The notes beneath the pieces are model-generated. The model made no database searches. It was not told where the DNA came from and was given only the letters and a program-made list of their open reading frames with translations. Position numbers and translations under genes: made by a program. From the NCBI RefSeq assembly GCF_009914755.1, contig NC_060930.1: DNA of 64,000 nucleotides. One strand, given 5' to 3'. The stretch comes from the human T2T-CHM13v2.0 reference genome, Homo sapiens. This document shows, in pieces, positions 24,925 through 39,404 of this stretch; the first letter of the stretch is position 1, and the number at the start of each line of letters is the position of its first letter.

Positions 24925-25465
24925 TAAGGCAGAAGAATAAGATCTGGAGGCAAGGAACCTCAGGCTGATTCACACTGACTTCCTAAAACTGAATCAAAAG
25001 GAAAATCCACCTCTTCACACCCAAGTAACAAAAGGATCAGAGGCTACTTGCTTTGCAATCCCCCTACTTTGTCTGCATTGCAAATGAAAAATAAAATTAC
25101 CTCTATGGGCACCCTCCTGCAACCAATCAGACTGGTCACAGGCCAAGACTTCATGTGTAACTTTGTAACTTCACTTCAGCATCTCATTCATTGGTTGCCT
25201 TCTGCAACCAATCAGACTTGTTGTGGGCCACTACCTTATGTAAATAGGGTGTAAACCAAGTAACCAATGGGAAACCTCTAGAGGGATTTAAATCCCAGAA
25301 AATTCTGTACCCAGTGCTCTTGCACCACTTGGTCAAGTCCACTGTTACTCTGTGGAGTGTACTTTCATTTCAATAAATCTGTGCTTTTCTTTTGTTGCTT
25401 TGTTTGTGCATTTTGTCCAATTCTTTGCAAAATGCCAAGAACCTGTACACCCTCAAGTGGTAACA
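24925..25465 (+). repeat. 3' LTR of provirus B (MER51-like)
   Basis: Preceded by PPT AGGGGGGAAA (24915-24924); ends GGTAACA; AATAAA ~25372. Confidence 0.9.
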
Positions 25466-26134
25466 ATTGGGCATATTATACTTAATTGTTTTCCTGACAC
25501 AACATATTAACATTGGACAAAATATTATCCTGAGATACCACAACAATGTTGGGCAAAAACATATTAATTTTGGACAAAAACAACTTAAATAGGACCTATA
25601 ACATGTCAATATGAATTAAAATTATCTGACTTATTTTATTTAATTAATACCTCATTTTTTCTTAGTTTCCCAGGGTTGAATATTGGTTACTTCATTAGAA
25701 AAAAAACCTGAATATTATTGTATAAAATAAATGTATATGCAATTATACTATTTATGTAAACAAATTTGAGATTTTGTACCACACATTTAGTGACAAATGT
25801 TTAATTCATCAACTGTTTCAGAAAATAAAGAATCTTTGTTTAAATTACTCTACATTATTTTTATTTACATTGGGAAAAACAAATTGGTAATCTCTCGTGA
25901 TGAATACTGATATCCAGAAATATATTTTAAAATTGTTACCAAAAATGCTATTTTGTGCATAGGCTTGTTGGTTCTATTATGCCCAGAGATTGATTAAATC
26001 TATCCACCTAAAATTAGGTTAAAAACAGTGCCAAACTAAAAATATAAAATTTTTTAAACTTTACAGAATACTATTTATACAAACTACTATCAATTGTTCT
26101 TTTTATATAAAAGCTGTAACAATAGCTTGAATAA

Positions 26135-26985
<851 letters not shown>

Positions 26986-27527
26986 TAAAATATATATTTG
27001 CATGCCACTGGAAAAAAATCACTCTATTTTTATAATAAAGCCAAAAGTCATATTCTCTATGAGTAGGAAAAAAACGCTGGACTAAGACATGCATAATGCA
27101 TGATCATTTAATCACAAATATTTACACCTAACCTTACTTAATTTTCATTTTAGTGATCATGAAAAAACATACCAAGCAATAAAAAATAATTTATTCTATT
27201 ACTACATTAGGCTAAACTATCTAGATACTTCTATTCCTACTACATTGACTGCATTGTGCTTTTTCTGACACCCTCTTTTAAAAATTGTTTATTATTATTA
27301 ACATTATCGGTAACAAAATTTTCAAACATACAAGATTACTTATTTGATCCATTCATTTATTCAATAAGAATTCACTGAATGCCAATTTTGTATGAGTATG
27401 GGTTTATGTAAAAAGATTTTCAAATACATAAGTAATGTCATTATTCAGGAGATACGTATTTTTTTCACTTACTCATTCCCTGAGGTTTTAAATATTGGCT
27501 GTCAAAATTCTCTATTTTCACACTACC

Positions 27528-27882
27528 TGTCTTGGTTCTAATCACTTTACTATAACAATTACACTATAGACTGGGTAGCCTATAAGCAACGGAAATTGAT
27601 CTCTCACAGTTCTGGAAGCTGAGAAGGCCAAGATGAAGGCTCTAGCAGATTAGATGTGTGGTGAGGGCCTGTTTCTAGTTCATAAGTGGATGTCTTTTCT
27701 ATGTTCTCACATGGTGGAAGAGGTGAGAGATCTCTTTGGAGCTTCTTTTGTAAGTGTTCTAATCTTATTTATGTGGGGCCTACCCTCAAGACCTCCCAAT
27801 ATCCCTGCCTCCTAATACCACTACATAGGACATTAGGATTTTACAAGAATTTTTGGGGGGCATATACATTTAGATCATAGCA
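27528..27882 (-). mobile_element. MaLR solo LTR (MLT1A/MSTD-like)
   Basis: TG..CA termini; TCTCACAGTTCTGGAAGCTGAGAAGGCCAAGATGAAGG...TGGTGAGGGCC. Confidence 0.8.
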
Positions 27883-27927
27883 TGAATGGACAAGAAGTCA
27901 ATGATACTTTTAAAATGCCAATCCTAC

Positions 27928-27929
<2 letters not shown>

Positions 27930-27964
<35 letters not shown>
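27930..27964. repeat. (TG)n microsatellite
   Basis: ~17 perfect TG units. Confidence 0.95.
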
Positions 27965-27966
<2 letters not shown>

Positions 27967-28153
27967 ATAAAGTGGTCATGTTACAGTAAAATATTTCTTA
28001 GTGTTTTATAAATGATTGTATTCATTCTGATATTGCATAAGTTAATACACAAATATTAGAAAGGCACAAACAAGTATTTTAAAGCCTTGGAATATTTCAC
28101 TGGACTCTGTAAGTAAACATTTTCTTATTGGCTTCAGTATATGATTTAGACCA

Positions 28154-28503
28154 TAATACGGTTTGGTTCTGTATTCTCTTGCAAATCTCATCTTGAATTG
28201 TACTCCCATAATTCCCATGTGTTGTGGGAGGGAACCAGTCGGAGAGAAACTGAATCATGGGGTTGGTTTCTCCCATACTGTTCTTGTGGTAGTGAACAAG
28301 TCTCACAAGATCTGATGGTTTTATAGGAGGAGACCCCTTTCATTCTCTTCTCTCTTGCCGCGACCATGTAAGACGTGCCATCATTATGCCATCATTGTGA
28401 GGCCTCGTCAGCCACGGGGAGCTGTGAGTCCAATAACCTCTTTCTTTTGTAAATTGCCCAGTCTCAGGTATCTCTTTATCAGCAGCATGAAAATGGAGTA
28501 GAA
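28154..28503 (+). mobile_element. THE1 solo LTR (THE1C/D-like)
   Basis: AAATCTCATCTTGAATTGTACTCCCATAATTCCCATGTGTTGTGGGAGGG...CCCAGTCTCAGGTATCTCTTTATCAGCAGCATGAAAA. Confidence 0.9.
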
Positions 28504-29749
28504 GAGATTCACAGAATGTACTAAGAATAAAATGCGTCTACTCTTCTTCAATGAAATTTCTTTGTAAATCAGAACATTTATGTTAATCTAGCATCAACTA
28601 AAACAATGTTTTTCATTGACACTTTCATTCGAATATATCAAGAATCTTATTTTGTCTCTAAAATCTAGACAATTAATTTTAGAAGAGGCACCAATATTAT
28701 ATCACATGTGTGTTGTGTGGGTCTCAGGATACAGAAGGGACTTCTGCAAAATTTCTCAAGTCTCCCTGGAGGCAGGGCATGTCATACCTTGAGAGAAAAT
28801 GATAAATGGAATTTATATCAAGGTTTCACATTCCTATGCCTTTATTCAAGATGCCTAGAAAATTGTGTAAGTAATCATTTCCTCTAGCCTACTGCATTCT
28901 TATCTGTATTATTGTTAATTTGAACGAACAGTTCCTGGGGTTCATAAGTTCTACAGAGATAGAAAAATGAGTAAAACTGCTAGGACTTTCAATTTATCTG
29001 CAATTTTTCTTCTTCTGAGAATATATTTGGTAGAAAATTATCTTCTGCTCTGGGTATATTTGTTTTAGATTGAATATATGTATACATATGTATGTGTGTA
29101 TGTATGTACATATATGTGTATATATAATATATGAGAAGCTTCTATTTCTGTGTTTTTGAGTTAGATAACTGAACTAGTTTTACTAATATTGAAGTCTTCC
29201 TTTATAACTATCTCTTTTATATTGCAATTTGAAGCCATCAAAGTATTGATTTTCAAAAATTTTCCCACTTGTTAATGGCATTCTATTATCCTTCTATAGA
29301 GTAGTGTGAATCATGAAGAAAATAGATTTGAACAAAACTGCAAAAACTAAGTATACCCCAATACCATGACAAATCAAGTCATGGTCATAGATTACACAAC
29401 CGCAGCTAACCCTAAAATGAGAGCTAAGTGTTATAGGAGAGTTTGGATGGAACCTTGTGCTTGGGTCAACCCAAATTCTTAATATTTAAGAAATTGACTC
29501 AAAGGGCTAGTCCATGAATGATGAGAGAATAGCATCATCTGTCATTTACAGAGGACTGCACATTGTGACTCTATGTTAGAATGTCAAGTGGAGTTTGTAT
29601 TTAGCGGCTTGCTGTGTTACAAACTAACTTCTCAGTTTTCTTAATTTTTTAGTTGGAATTTTTACTTTTTCATAATTTCTTATTAAGTAATGCTATTTTT
29701 GGAAGAACATCAAAGTTTAAATTAGGCCATTTAATTACTAGAGTAAAAT

Positions 29750-30960
29750 ATCAACAGATCAAAAGATTTCAAAGTAGTATATAAACAATTGCATTCAAAA
29801 ATTAAGAAAAAATGTATGTAATGTAATGATAGAATGAAAATAGTATATGAAAATATGATTGTTTAAAAAACCATAAAAATAAACAAAAAGTAATACTAAA
29901 CCATAGTAAAAAGCAAGTAATGCTATGCACAGCTAATTACAAACTTATACATAATGACCATAAATCTAAAAGTTTAAATAATTTTAATAAAATAAACATT
30001 TTTATAATAGCTTTAAAAATTCAGCTATATGTACTTTAAGAGAAAAAAAGAAAAAACTGAACATAAAGAACAAAATTAAGGAAGAAAACATGAAGCAAAG
30101 GCTATCTACTGAAAATAAATTTAAAACAAAAATATTAATGGATGCTAAAATAGAATACTTATCATAATATAGGACAGGAAAACATTAGTTTACTAAGTTA
30201 CAAAGTTTTGACAAATTCTAAATTAGTAAAATAAAGACAAATCTGAAAAGTGTATAATCATATGGGGAGATAACTTTAAATATTATTCCCAGAAAGTGTT
30301 CAACTAGCACTAAATTAATAAATAATTAGAGGATAAATGCAAAACTAGCAAACATATAAGAAATTCAAACAAATCAATGTATTTTATCATGAAGATAAAT
30401 CTTCAAACTCTAAATAAGAAAATTCTTACAGAATACATTTACTGATCAAAATTGACTAGTATGAGAAATATTAACAAAAGGATAGCCAAGAAACAAGAAA
30501 AGCTTACTACCCAGATATTTAATTTAAGAAACCAACATTGAGACAAATAAATATTTAGTTTAAAAATCAAATAAAGCAGACTTTGAAGTATATTTAGAAA
30601 TAAATGAAAATTTATTACAAAGCTTCTAAGTAAATTTACAGACTCAATATATTTATTGAAAAATACAAAAAAAGTAATTACTCAGCAAAGACATCAACTC
30701 AAGAAGTTAGAAAAATGTAAGAAAATAAACTTAAAAATAAATAATGAATAATTTTTATATTAAACACATATTATGAAGAAAAAATTCAGAGACTAGCTCA
30801 TCGATGAAGTCAAAATATTTTCATTGGGAAACATAAATAAATAAAATCACTATGTAAAAATATGAATAAAATAAAAAGAGGGGAGAAAAAATAAATATTG
30901 CCAAAAAGAAAACAGATAAACTGATGACAACGAGATTTCAAGATAATAAAGCATAAAATT
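29750..30960 (+). mobile_element. Very old L1M ORF2 5' relic (outermost host of the nested stack)
   Basis: A-rich decayed L1 motifs (CAACTCAAGAAGTTAGAAAAA); appears to resume at ~45585-45640. Confidence 0.5.
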
Positions 30961-31560
30961 CCATATTCAAATAAGCAGAATTAGAAATGGCAGGTGAAAT
31001 TAAAACCGATCCTACAGAAATAAAATAGGTCTTCAGAGACTATTATGAATACATCTATGCACACAAACTAGAAAATCTAGAGGAAATTAATACATTTCTA
31101 GAAACATACAACTTCCCAAGACTGAATCAGGAAAAGAAAAATGAGTCCCTGGACAGACCAATATTGAGTTCCAAAATTGAAGCACTAATAAAAAACATAT
31201 CAACCAAAAAAGCCCTGGACAAGATTAATTCACAGCCAAATTCTTCCAGGCATATAAAGAAGAGCTGGTACCAATTATATTGAAACTATTCGAAAAAATC
31301 AAAGAAGAAAGAGTCCTCCCTAACACATTCTAAGAAGCTAGTATCACTCTAATACCAAAACCTGGCAAAGGTACAATAAGATAAAAAACAAACAAACAAA
31401 CAAAAAACACCTAGAAGCCAATATTCCCGATTAACATATGAAAAACATCTGAATTAAATACTAGCAAACCAAATCCAGAAGCACATCAAAATTTTAATTC
31501 ACTATAATCAAGTAGACTTTTTTTTTTTCCTGGAATGCAAGATTGGTTCCTGGGATGCAT

Positions 31561-33532
31561 TTTTTTCCTTCAACTTTTATTTTAAGTTCCAGGTTACATG
31601 TGCAGGATGCGCAGGTTTTTTACACAAATAAACATGTGTCATGGTGGTTTGCTGCACAGGTCATCCCAGCACGTAGATATGAAGGCCAGAATCCATTAGC
31701 TGTTCTTCTTGATGGTCTCCCTACCCCCATCTACCCGCTTCCAACAGGTCCCAGTGTGTGTTGTTCCCCATTCATATGTCCATGTGTTTTCATTGTTCAG
31801 TTCTCACAAGAGAAAATATGCAGTGATTAGTTTTCTGTTCCTGTGCAAGTTTGCTGAATATAATGGCTTCCAACTCCATCCATATCCCTGCAAAAGACAT
31901 AATCTCTTTTTTTAATGGCTGGATAGTGTTCCATAGTGTATATGTACCATATTTACTTTATCCAGTCTATCATTGATGGGCATTTGAGTTGATCCCATAT
32001 CTTTGCTATCATAATAGTACTTCAATGAACATACACATGCATGTATCCTTATGATAGAATGATTTATATTCCTTTGAGTACATACCCAGTAATGGAATTG
32101 CTGGGTCAGATGATATTTCTGCCTCTAGGATTTTGAGGAATTGCCACACTGTCTTCCACAATGGTTGAACAAATTTACACTCCCATCAACAGTGTAAAAG
32201 TGTTCCTTTTACTCCACAACCTTGCCAGCATCTGTTGTTTTTTGAGTTTTTAATAAAAGCCATTCTGACTGGCGTGAGATGTATCTCATTATGGTTTTGA
32301 TTTGCATTTCTCTAATGATAAGTGATGTTGAGCTTTTTTGTGTGTTTGTTGAGTGCATGTATGTCTTCTTTTGAGAAGTGTCTATTCATGTCCTTTGAAC
32401 AGACACATTCTAATGGGGTTGTTTGTTTGTTTCTTGTAAATTTGCTTAAGTTCCTTGTAGACTCTTGATATTAGACCTTTTTCAGCTGGACAGATTGCAA
32501 AAATTTTCTCCCATTCTGTAAGTTGTCTGATGTAGGTTGTTCACTCTGATGATAGTTGCTTTTGCGGTGCAGAAGCTCTTTAGTTTAATTAGATCCCATT
32601 TGTCAATTTTTGCTTTTGTTGCAATTGCTGTTGATGTTTCTGTGATTAAATCTTTGCCCATTCCTTTGTCCTGAATGGTACTGTTAGATATTTTTTAGGG
32701 TTTTTATATTTTTGTGTTTTACATTAAAATCTTTAATCAGTCTTCAGTTAATTCTTATAAAGGGTGTAAGAAAGGGGCCCAGTTTCAATTTTCTACATAT
32801 GGCTAGCTTGTTGTCCCAGCACCATTTATTAAACAGGCAATTATTTCTCATTGCTTGTTTTGGTCTGGTTTGTTGAAGATCAGAGGGTTCTAAGTGTGCA
32901 GTCTTATTTCTGAGATCTCTATTCTGTTCTATTGGTGTATGTGTCTGTTTTGGTACCAGAACCATGTTTCGGTTACTGTAATCTTGTAGTATAGTTTGAA
33001 GTATGATAGACTGATGCCTCCAGCTTTGTTCTATTTACTTATTATTGTCTTAGCTATTCAGGCTCTTTTTTGTTCCCAGAAAGATTTCAAAATAGTTTTT
33101 CTCTAATTCTGTAAAGAATGTTGATGACAGTTTAATGGGAATAGAATTTAATCTGTAAATTACTTAGTGCAGTATGGCCATTTTCATGATACTGATTCTT
33201 CCTATCCATGAGCACAGTGGAATGGTCTACAATGGAATGTTTTTCCATTCATTTGTGTCCTCTCTGATTTCTTTGAGCAGCGATTTCTAGTTCTTCTTGA
33301 AGAGGTCCTTCACTTTCCTTGTTAGCTGTATTCCTAGGTGTTTTATTCTTTATGTAGCAATTGTGAATGGGAGCTCATTGATGATTTGGCTCTCTGCCTG
33401 TTTTTGGTTTATAGGAATGCTTGCGATTTTTGCGCAATGATTTTTTTCCTGAGACTTTGTTGAAGGTACTTATCAGCTTAAGAAACTTTTGGGCTGGGAT
33501 GATGTGGTTTTCTAGATATAAGATCATGTCAC
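31561..33532 (-). mobile_element. 5'-truncated L1PA13/14-like element
   Basis: 3' UTR TTTTAAGTTCCAGGTTACATGTGCAGGATG; ORF2 remnants; probable TSD CCTGG(G/C)ATGC at ~31549 and ~33532. Confidence 0.85.
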
Positions 33533-33568
33533 CTGGCATGCTTTTTGTTTATTATTATTATTATTTGG

Positions 33569-33784
33569 TCCTGAATTACTATTAGCTATACCCAGGAACA
33601 ACACTGAAGACCTTGGGTGAGCCTCTGAGACTCGCTGGCTTCTGGTGAGACTCAGCACATTACCAGTTTGGGTGGCTATGAGAGAAAACTCTTTCTGCTT
33701 GAGAAAAGCAGAGGAAAAATGAAAGGGGACTTTTTCTTGCACATTTGGTACCAGCATGGCCACAGGAGGGTATAGCACCAAGCA
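33569..33784 (+). mobile_element. Isolated ~215-bp L1MA-type 5' UTR segment
   Basis: Clearly homologous to 36040-36254 (GAGCCTCTGAGACT.GCTGGCTTC...GTACCAGCATGGCCA...AGCACCAAGCAG). Confidence 0.85.
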
Positions 33785-34910
33785 GAATAAAACATCACAT
33801 AAACAGAATTCAAAACAAAAACCATGATTGTCTCAATAGATGTAGAAAAAGCTTTCAATAAAATCCAACATCTCTTCATGATAAAACTCCATAAAATAGG
33901 CATCAATGGAACATACTTCAAAATAATAAGAGCCATCTATAACAAACCCACAGCGAACATCATACTGAATGGGCAAAAGCTGAAACTATTCTTTTAGAGA
34001 ACTGGAGCAAGACAAAGGTCCCATTTTTATCACTCCTATTCAACATATTGCTGGAAATTCTAGCTAGAGTAATCAGGCAAGAGAAAGTAATAAAAGACAT
34101 GCAAATAGGAAAAGAATAACTCAAATCGTTGCTCTTCACTGGCAATGTAATTCTACATCTAGAAAACCTTAAAGATTTCACCAAAAGGCTCCTGGTGCTA
34201 ATAAATGACTTCAGTAAAGTTTCAAGGTACAAAATTAATATACAAAAATTATTAGTAGCATTTTTATACACAAATAATGTCCTAGCTGAGAGTCAAATCA
34301 AGGACACTATCCCATTTAAAACCGTGACAAAAAGCAAAATACCTATGAATACATCTATCCAAAGAGGTGAAAGGTCTCTACAAATAGAACTACAAAACAC
34401 TGCTGAAGGAAATCATGGATGAGACAAACAAATGGAAAAATATTTTCTACTTATATATTGGAAGAATCAATATCACTGAAATCCATATACTACTCAAAGC
34501 AATCAACAGATTAAACACTATTTCAACGAAACTACCAATGTCATTTTTTCCCAGAATTAGAAAAAAAATACTATTCTAAAATTCATTTGGAAAGAAACAA
34601 AACAAACAAAAAAAAGATCCTGAATGGCCAAATAAATCCAAAGCAAAAGGAATAAAGCCAGAGGCATCACATTACCCAATTTTAAACTATACTGTAATGC
34701 TACAATAACCAAAACAGTATGGTACTGGTACAAAAACAGACATGTGCACCAATGGAACAGAATGGAAAACCCAGAAATACAGCTGAACACCTACAGCAAT
34801 CTGACTTTCAGAAAATTTGAAACAAATAAGTAAAGGGGAAAGGAGTTTCTATTCAATAAATGGTATTGCCATACATGGCTAGCCATATGAAGAAAGAAAA
34901 TAGTTAATAG

Positions 34911-35228
<318 letters not shown>

Positions 35229-37548
35229 AAACACCTTCTTAAGAACCAAAAATTAGATGAGCACTCACAGTACCTGGCTTTAACTTCATAACACTGAAAG
35301 AGGCACTGAGGATATAGAAAAAGCAGTCCTGGATCATGGTTTCCACCCCTCTTCTATCCCCTGGTGGCAGCGGCATGGCATGGAGAGCATCTCTGGGTGC
35401 AGGAGGAGGAACACAGCAATTGTGAGGCATTGAATTCCATGCTGTCTTGTTACAGCCGAAAGGAAAACCAGATTAAATTCAGCTGATGCCCACCTACAGA
35501 GGGTGCATTGAAATCCATCCTAGCCAGTGGGGAATCACAGATCCCAGAGGTTTGAACTTGAGTGCCTGCACACCTAGTTGTCACCAAGGGTTACCACACT
35601 GTGTCTACAAGTAAACTTACAAAGCAATCTAGGCCATAAGGACTCCAACTCTTAGTGAGCCCTAATAATCAACTAAGTCCAAACACAGTGGACTTTGGGG
35701 GCCAATGACACACCGAGACATCAACTGGGCTGCCAATGGAGTGCTGGAATCATCCCTCCACTAACCCCAGGCTGCATAGCTCACCACTCCCTAAAAGACC
35801 CCTTCTTTCTTCTTGGAAGAGAAGATGGAACAGGGGGAGAACTTTTTCTTGCATCTAGAATATGAGCTCAGCCATAGCAGAATTAGACACCAGCCAGAGT
35901 CCTGAGGCCCCTATTTCAGGCCCTACCTCCCAGACAAAACATTTAGACACACACTGAGCTGGAAGGGAACCTGCCTCTTTGAAGAAAAGAATCCACTCCT
36001 GGCAGCATTTATCACCTGCTAACTGAAGAGCTCTTGGGTGCTGAGTAACAAGCAACTTACCCAGGTGCTACAGTGAGAGCCCTGATTGAGCCTCTGAGAC
36101 TTGCTGGCTTCAGGTTAGACTCAACACATTACCAGCTGTGGTAGCTATGGGACAAAGCACCATCTGCTTAAGAAAAGCAGAGGAAGAAGTAAAGGAGACT
36201 TTGTTTTTCACCTTACGTACCAGCATGGCCATAGTGGGGTAAAGCACCAAGCAGGTTCTTGGGGCCCCTGATTCTAGGGCTTGACTCTTAGATGGAATTT
36301 TTGAACCTGACATGGGCAGAGGGGAGCCCACCTCTCTGAAGGGTGAGTCCCAGGCCATACAGCATTCACCACAAGCTGAATTAAGAGACTTTAGGCCTTA
36401 ATGGAACCACGGCCACAGTCTGAGAGTACTCCTCATGGGTTGGGATGATGATAGCTATGAGGTAAGAGTCCTCTGACTTTGGAAAGGGGAGGAAAGAGTG
36501 GGAAGAACAGCGTCTTGTGGTTTGAGTGCAAGCTCAGCCACCATAAAATAGAACACCAAGTAAACTTCTAAGGTTACTAAATCTAGTACCTGACTCCCAA
36601 ACAGTACTCTGGACCCACCTAGGAACTGGGGGACCTTACCACACTAAAGAGAAGGACACAGACATGGATGGCTTTGTCACCACTGATTATGGAGCCCCAG
36701 AGCCTTGGGCAAACATAGGCAGTAGCCAGAGAGTGGTTACAGCAGACCTTGGGCAAGACCCAGTACCGTGCTGGCTTCAGGTCTGATGCAGCACAGTCAT
36801 AGTGGTGATGACCACAGGAGTTCTTGTGTTAATTCATCCCCAGAATTATGTGACACAGAACAGAGAGAAAGAGATAGAGAGTGAGATTCTCTATGTTTTG
36901 AAGAAAGTAAGGTAAGAACAAGAGTCTTTTCCTGGTAACCCAGAGAATTCTCCCAGGTTGTGTCCAAGACTATCAAGGTGGTACCTCTATGCCACCGCAA
37001 AAATGACAACATTATTAGGCTTGGGGTGCCCCCTAAACATAAACAGTTTAGATCACAGCACCCAAGTCCTTTTAAGTATCTGGAAAGCCTTCCCAAGAAG
37101 GATGGCTACAAATACCTGCAATATTTGTAGACTGCAATAAATACCTAATCCTTCAATACCCAGACATGGAAGAACATCTACTAACATCAACACCATCCAG
37201 GAAAACATGACCTCACAAAATGAACTAGATAAGCCACCAGGGACCAATCCAGGAGAAACAGAGATCAATGACCTTTCAGACAGACAATTCAAAATGTCAA
37301 TGTTTAGGAAACTCAAAGAAATTTAAGATAACCCTGAGAAGAAATTCAGAATTTTATCAGATAAATTTAACAAACAGATGAAAAGAATATATTAAAAAAA
37401 CAGGCAGAAATACTGGAGCTGGAAAACGCAATTGGTATACTGAAGAATGCATCAGAGTTCTTTAATAGCAGAATTGATCAAGCAAAATGAAGAAATAGTA
37501 AGCTTTAAGACAAGCTATTTGAAAATACACAGTCAGAGAAAACAAAAT

Positions 37549-37586
<38 letters not shown>

Positions 37587-38088
37587 CATCCATGTTTCTG
37601 TTTATATATAGGATAACAAATTCAGGAACAATGGGAAAGTAACATATGAAACCTTAACAGGAAATACAATAGAGATTACAAAACACTACCATTTGATTTT
37701 TTATGCAAATACTTCAATATTCCAATATTTTTACTCACTTGCTAAATAAAGCACACGACTCGAAATGCTAAATAATTCTGTTAGTCTAAATCTTTTAAAG
37801 AATAAAACGTTGGGGAAAAACCAAAATTGTTTAGTAAGGTATGTATGACCTTGTTTATTATCTATCATAGACATCAAGATGATCATAGTTAATACCAATT
37901 TAAGCTTTACAGAACACTGTTTTAGGCCCAATATTGATATATTAAATGAAGGTATCAGAGAATCTTGTATTTATGGCATCGGGTTATAAAGATCTATTCA
38001 AAACCATTTTTGTCAAAGTTTAAACACTGGGACACAGAATGATTCTTGCTAATAGTACAAATTTTGCCCCATGGGTAATACTATTGTC

Positions 38089-38296
38089 TCTTTCTTTTTT
38101 AAAAAAATTATTTTGACTTTTATTTTAGATTCAGGGAACACATGGGCAGGTTTGTTAGCTAGGTATACTGTGTGATGTTGAGGTTTGGGGTACGGATGAT
38201 CCTGTCACCCAGGTAGTGAGCAGAGTCCCCAGTAGGTAGTTTTTGAGCTCTTGCTCCTGCTCCCCACCCTACCTCCCCAGTGTCTATTATTCCCAT
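38089..38296 (-). mobile_element. L1PA15/16-like 3' fragment within the retrocopy
   Basis: TTTTATTTTAGATTCAGGGAACACATGGGCAGGTTTGTTA...; TSD-like GGTA(A/T)TACTATT(G/T)TC at 38074-38088 and 38306-38320. Confidence 0.8.
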
Positions 38297-38505
38297 GGAT
38301 CCTCAGGTATTACTATTTTCAAGTTTTTTTCTTTACATGAAACTACTGAAAGCAGAAGTATGTCATGCTTATAGGTTACTCTGTACATTTATCATTCTAA
38401 TAATAAACATCTTAAGTAATTAAGTAGTGTATTAAGGCCATAAACCAAGTCATTATCTCCTATCAAAGGACTACTGTTACTCAATCATCTAGAAAATTCA
38501 TTTTA

Positions 38506-38800
<295 letters not shown>

Positions 38801-39404
38801 TCATTTTAATGGGTTATGTTACAGGGTTGAGGTCAGCCTACAGACACAAAATAGGTTAACTAAAATTTTTCTTTTTTTGGTATCAGGTTTTACTTTTTTC
38901 ATTGGAACAGGATTTGGGGGTGGGGATACTAAATGTGGCAGGGTTCAACAAATTTACATTTTATCAAAATAAGGTTCTTAAAGAATACAATGATAGCATA
39001 TGCTTTAACTCTTACAGCACAAACCCTCATATTAATTGATGGTCACAGAAAAATACTGTAATGCTTTAAACAAAAGTTTTAAAATACATCAATGACACAA
39101 GTTTCAAACAAAATGCAGTGATCAAAATACTTAACTGTCCTTTCATCAAGCTTTTACAAACACAGTCAGTCTAAAAATCACACTAATAGGATCTAGAAAA
39201 TAGACTCAAAAGGGCAAATCTAGGAGTTATTTGCCTTAAAAAAGAGGTAGATCAAGATACAGGGGTAGAAAGTTTATTCAAAGTTTATAACAGATAACTT
39301 CTGAAACATAGAGAAATATATCATTATTAAAGTACAAGAAGGTTATAGAACATCAAGCAGATTTAACCCAAAGAAGACTACCTCAAGGCATTTAATAATC
39401 AATC

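Larger units (their letters stand above)
18483..25465 (+). mobile_element. Provirus B: MER51-type ERV1, two LTRs, non-autonomous
   Basis: LTRs at both ends, PBS, PPT, 4-bp TSD ATTA (18479-82) / ATTG (25466-69), gag stub and env TM remnant, no recognisable pol. Confidence 0.92.

Noticed and set aside
765-25465. Segmental duplication explaining the two proviruses
   Set aside because: Homology stops at the LTR edges, flanks are unrelated and B has its own TSD.
25466-25590. Short repeats CATATTAA..TTGGACAAAA beside the 3' LTR as an array
   Set aside because: Only two or three irregular degenerate copies; consistent with slippage.
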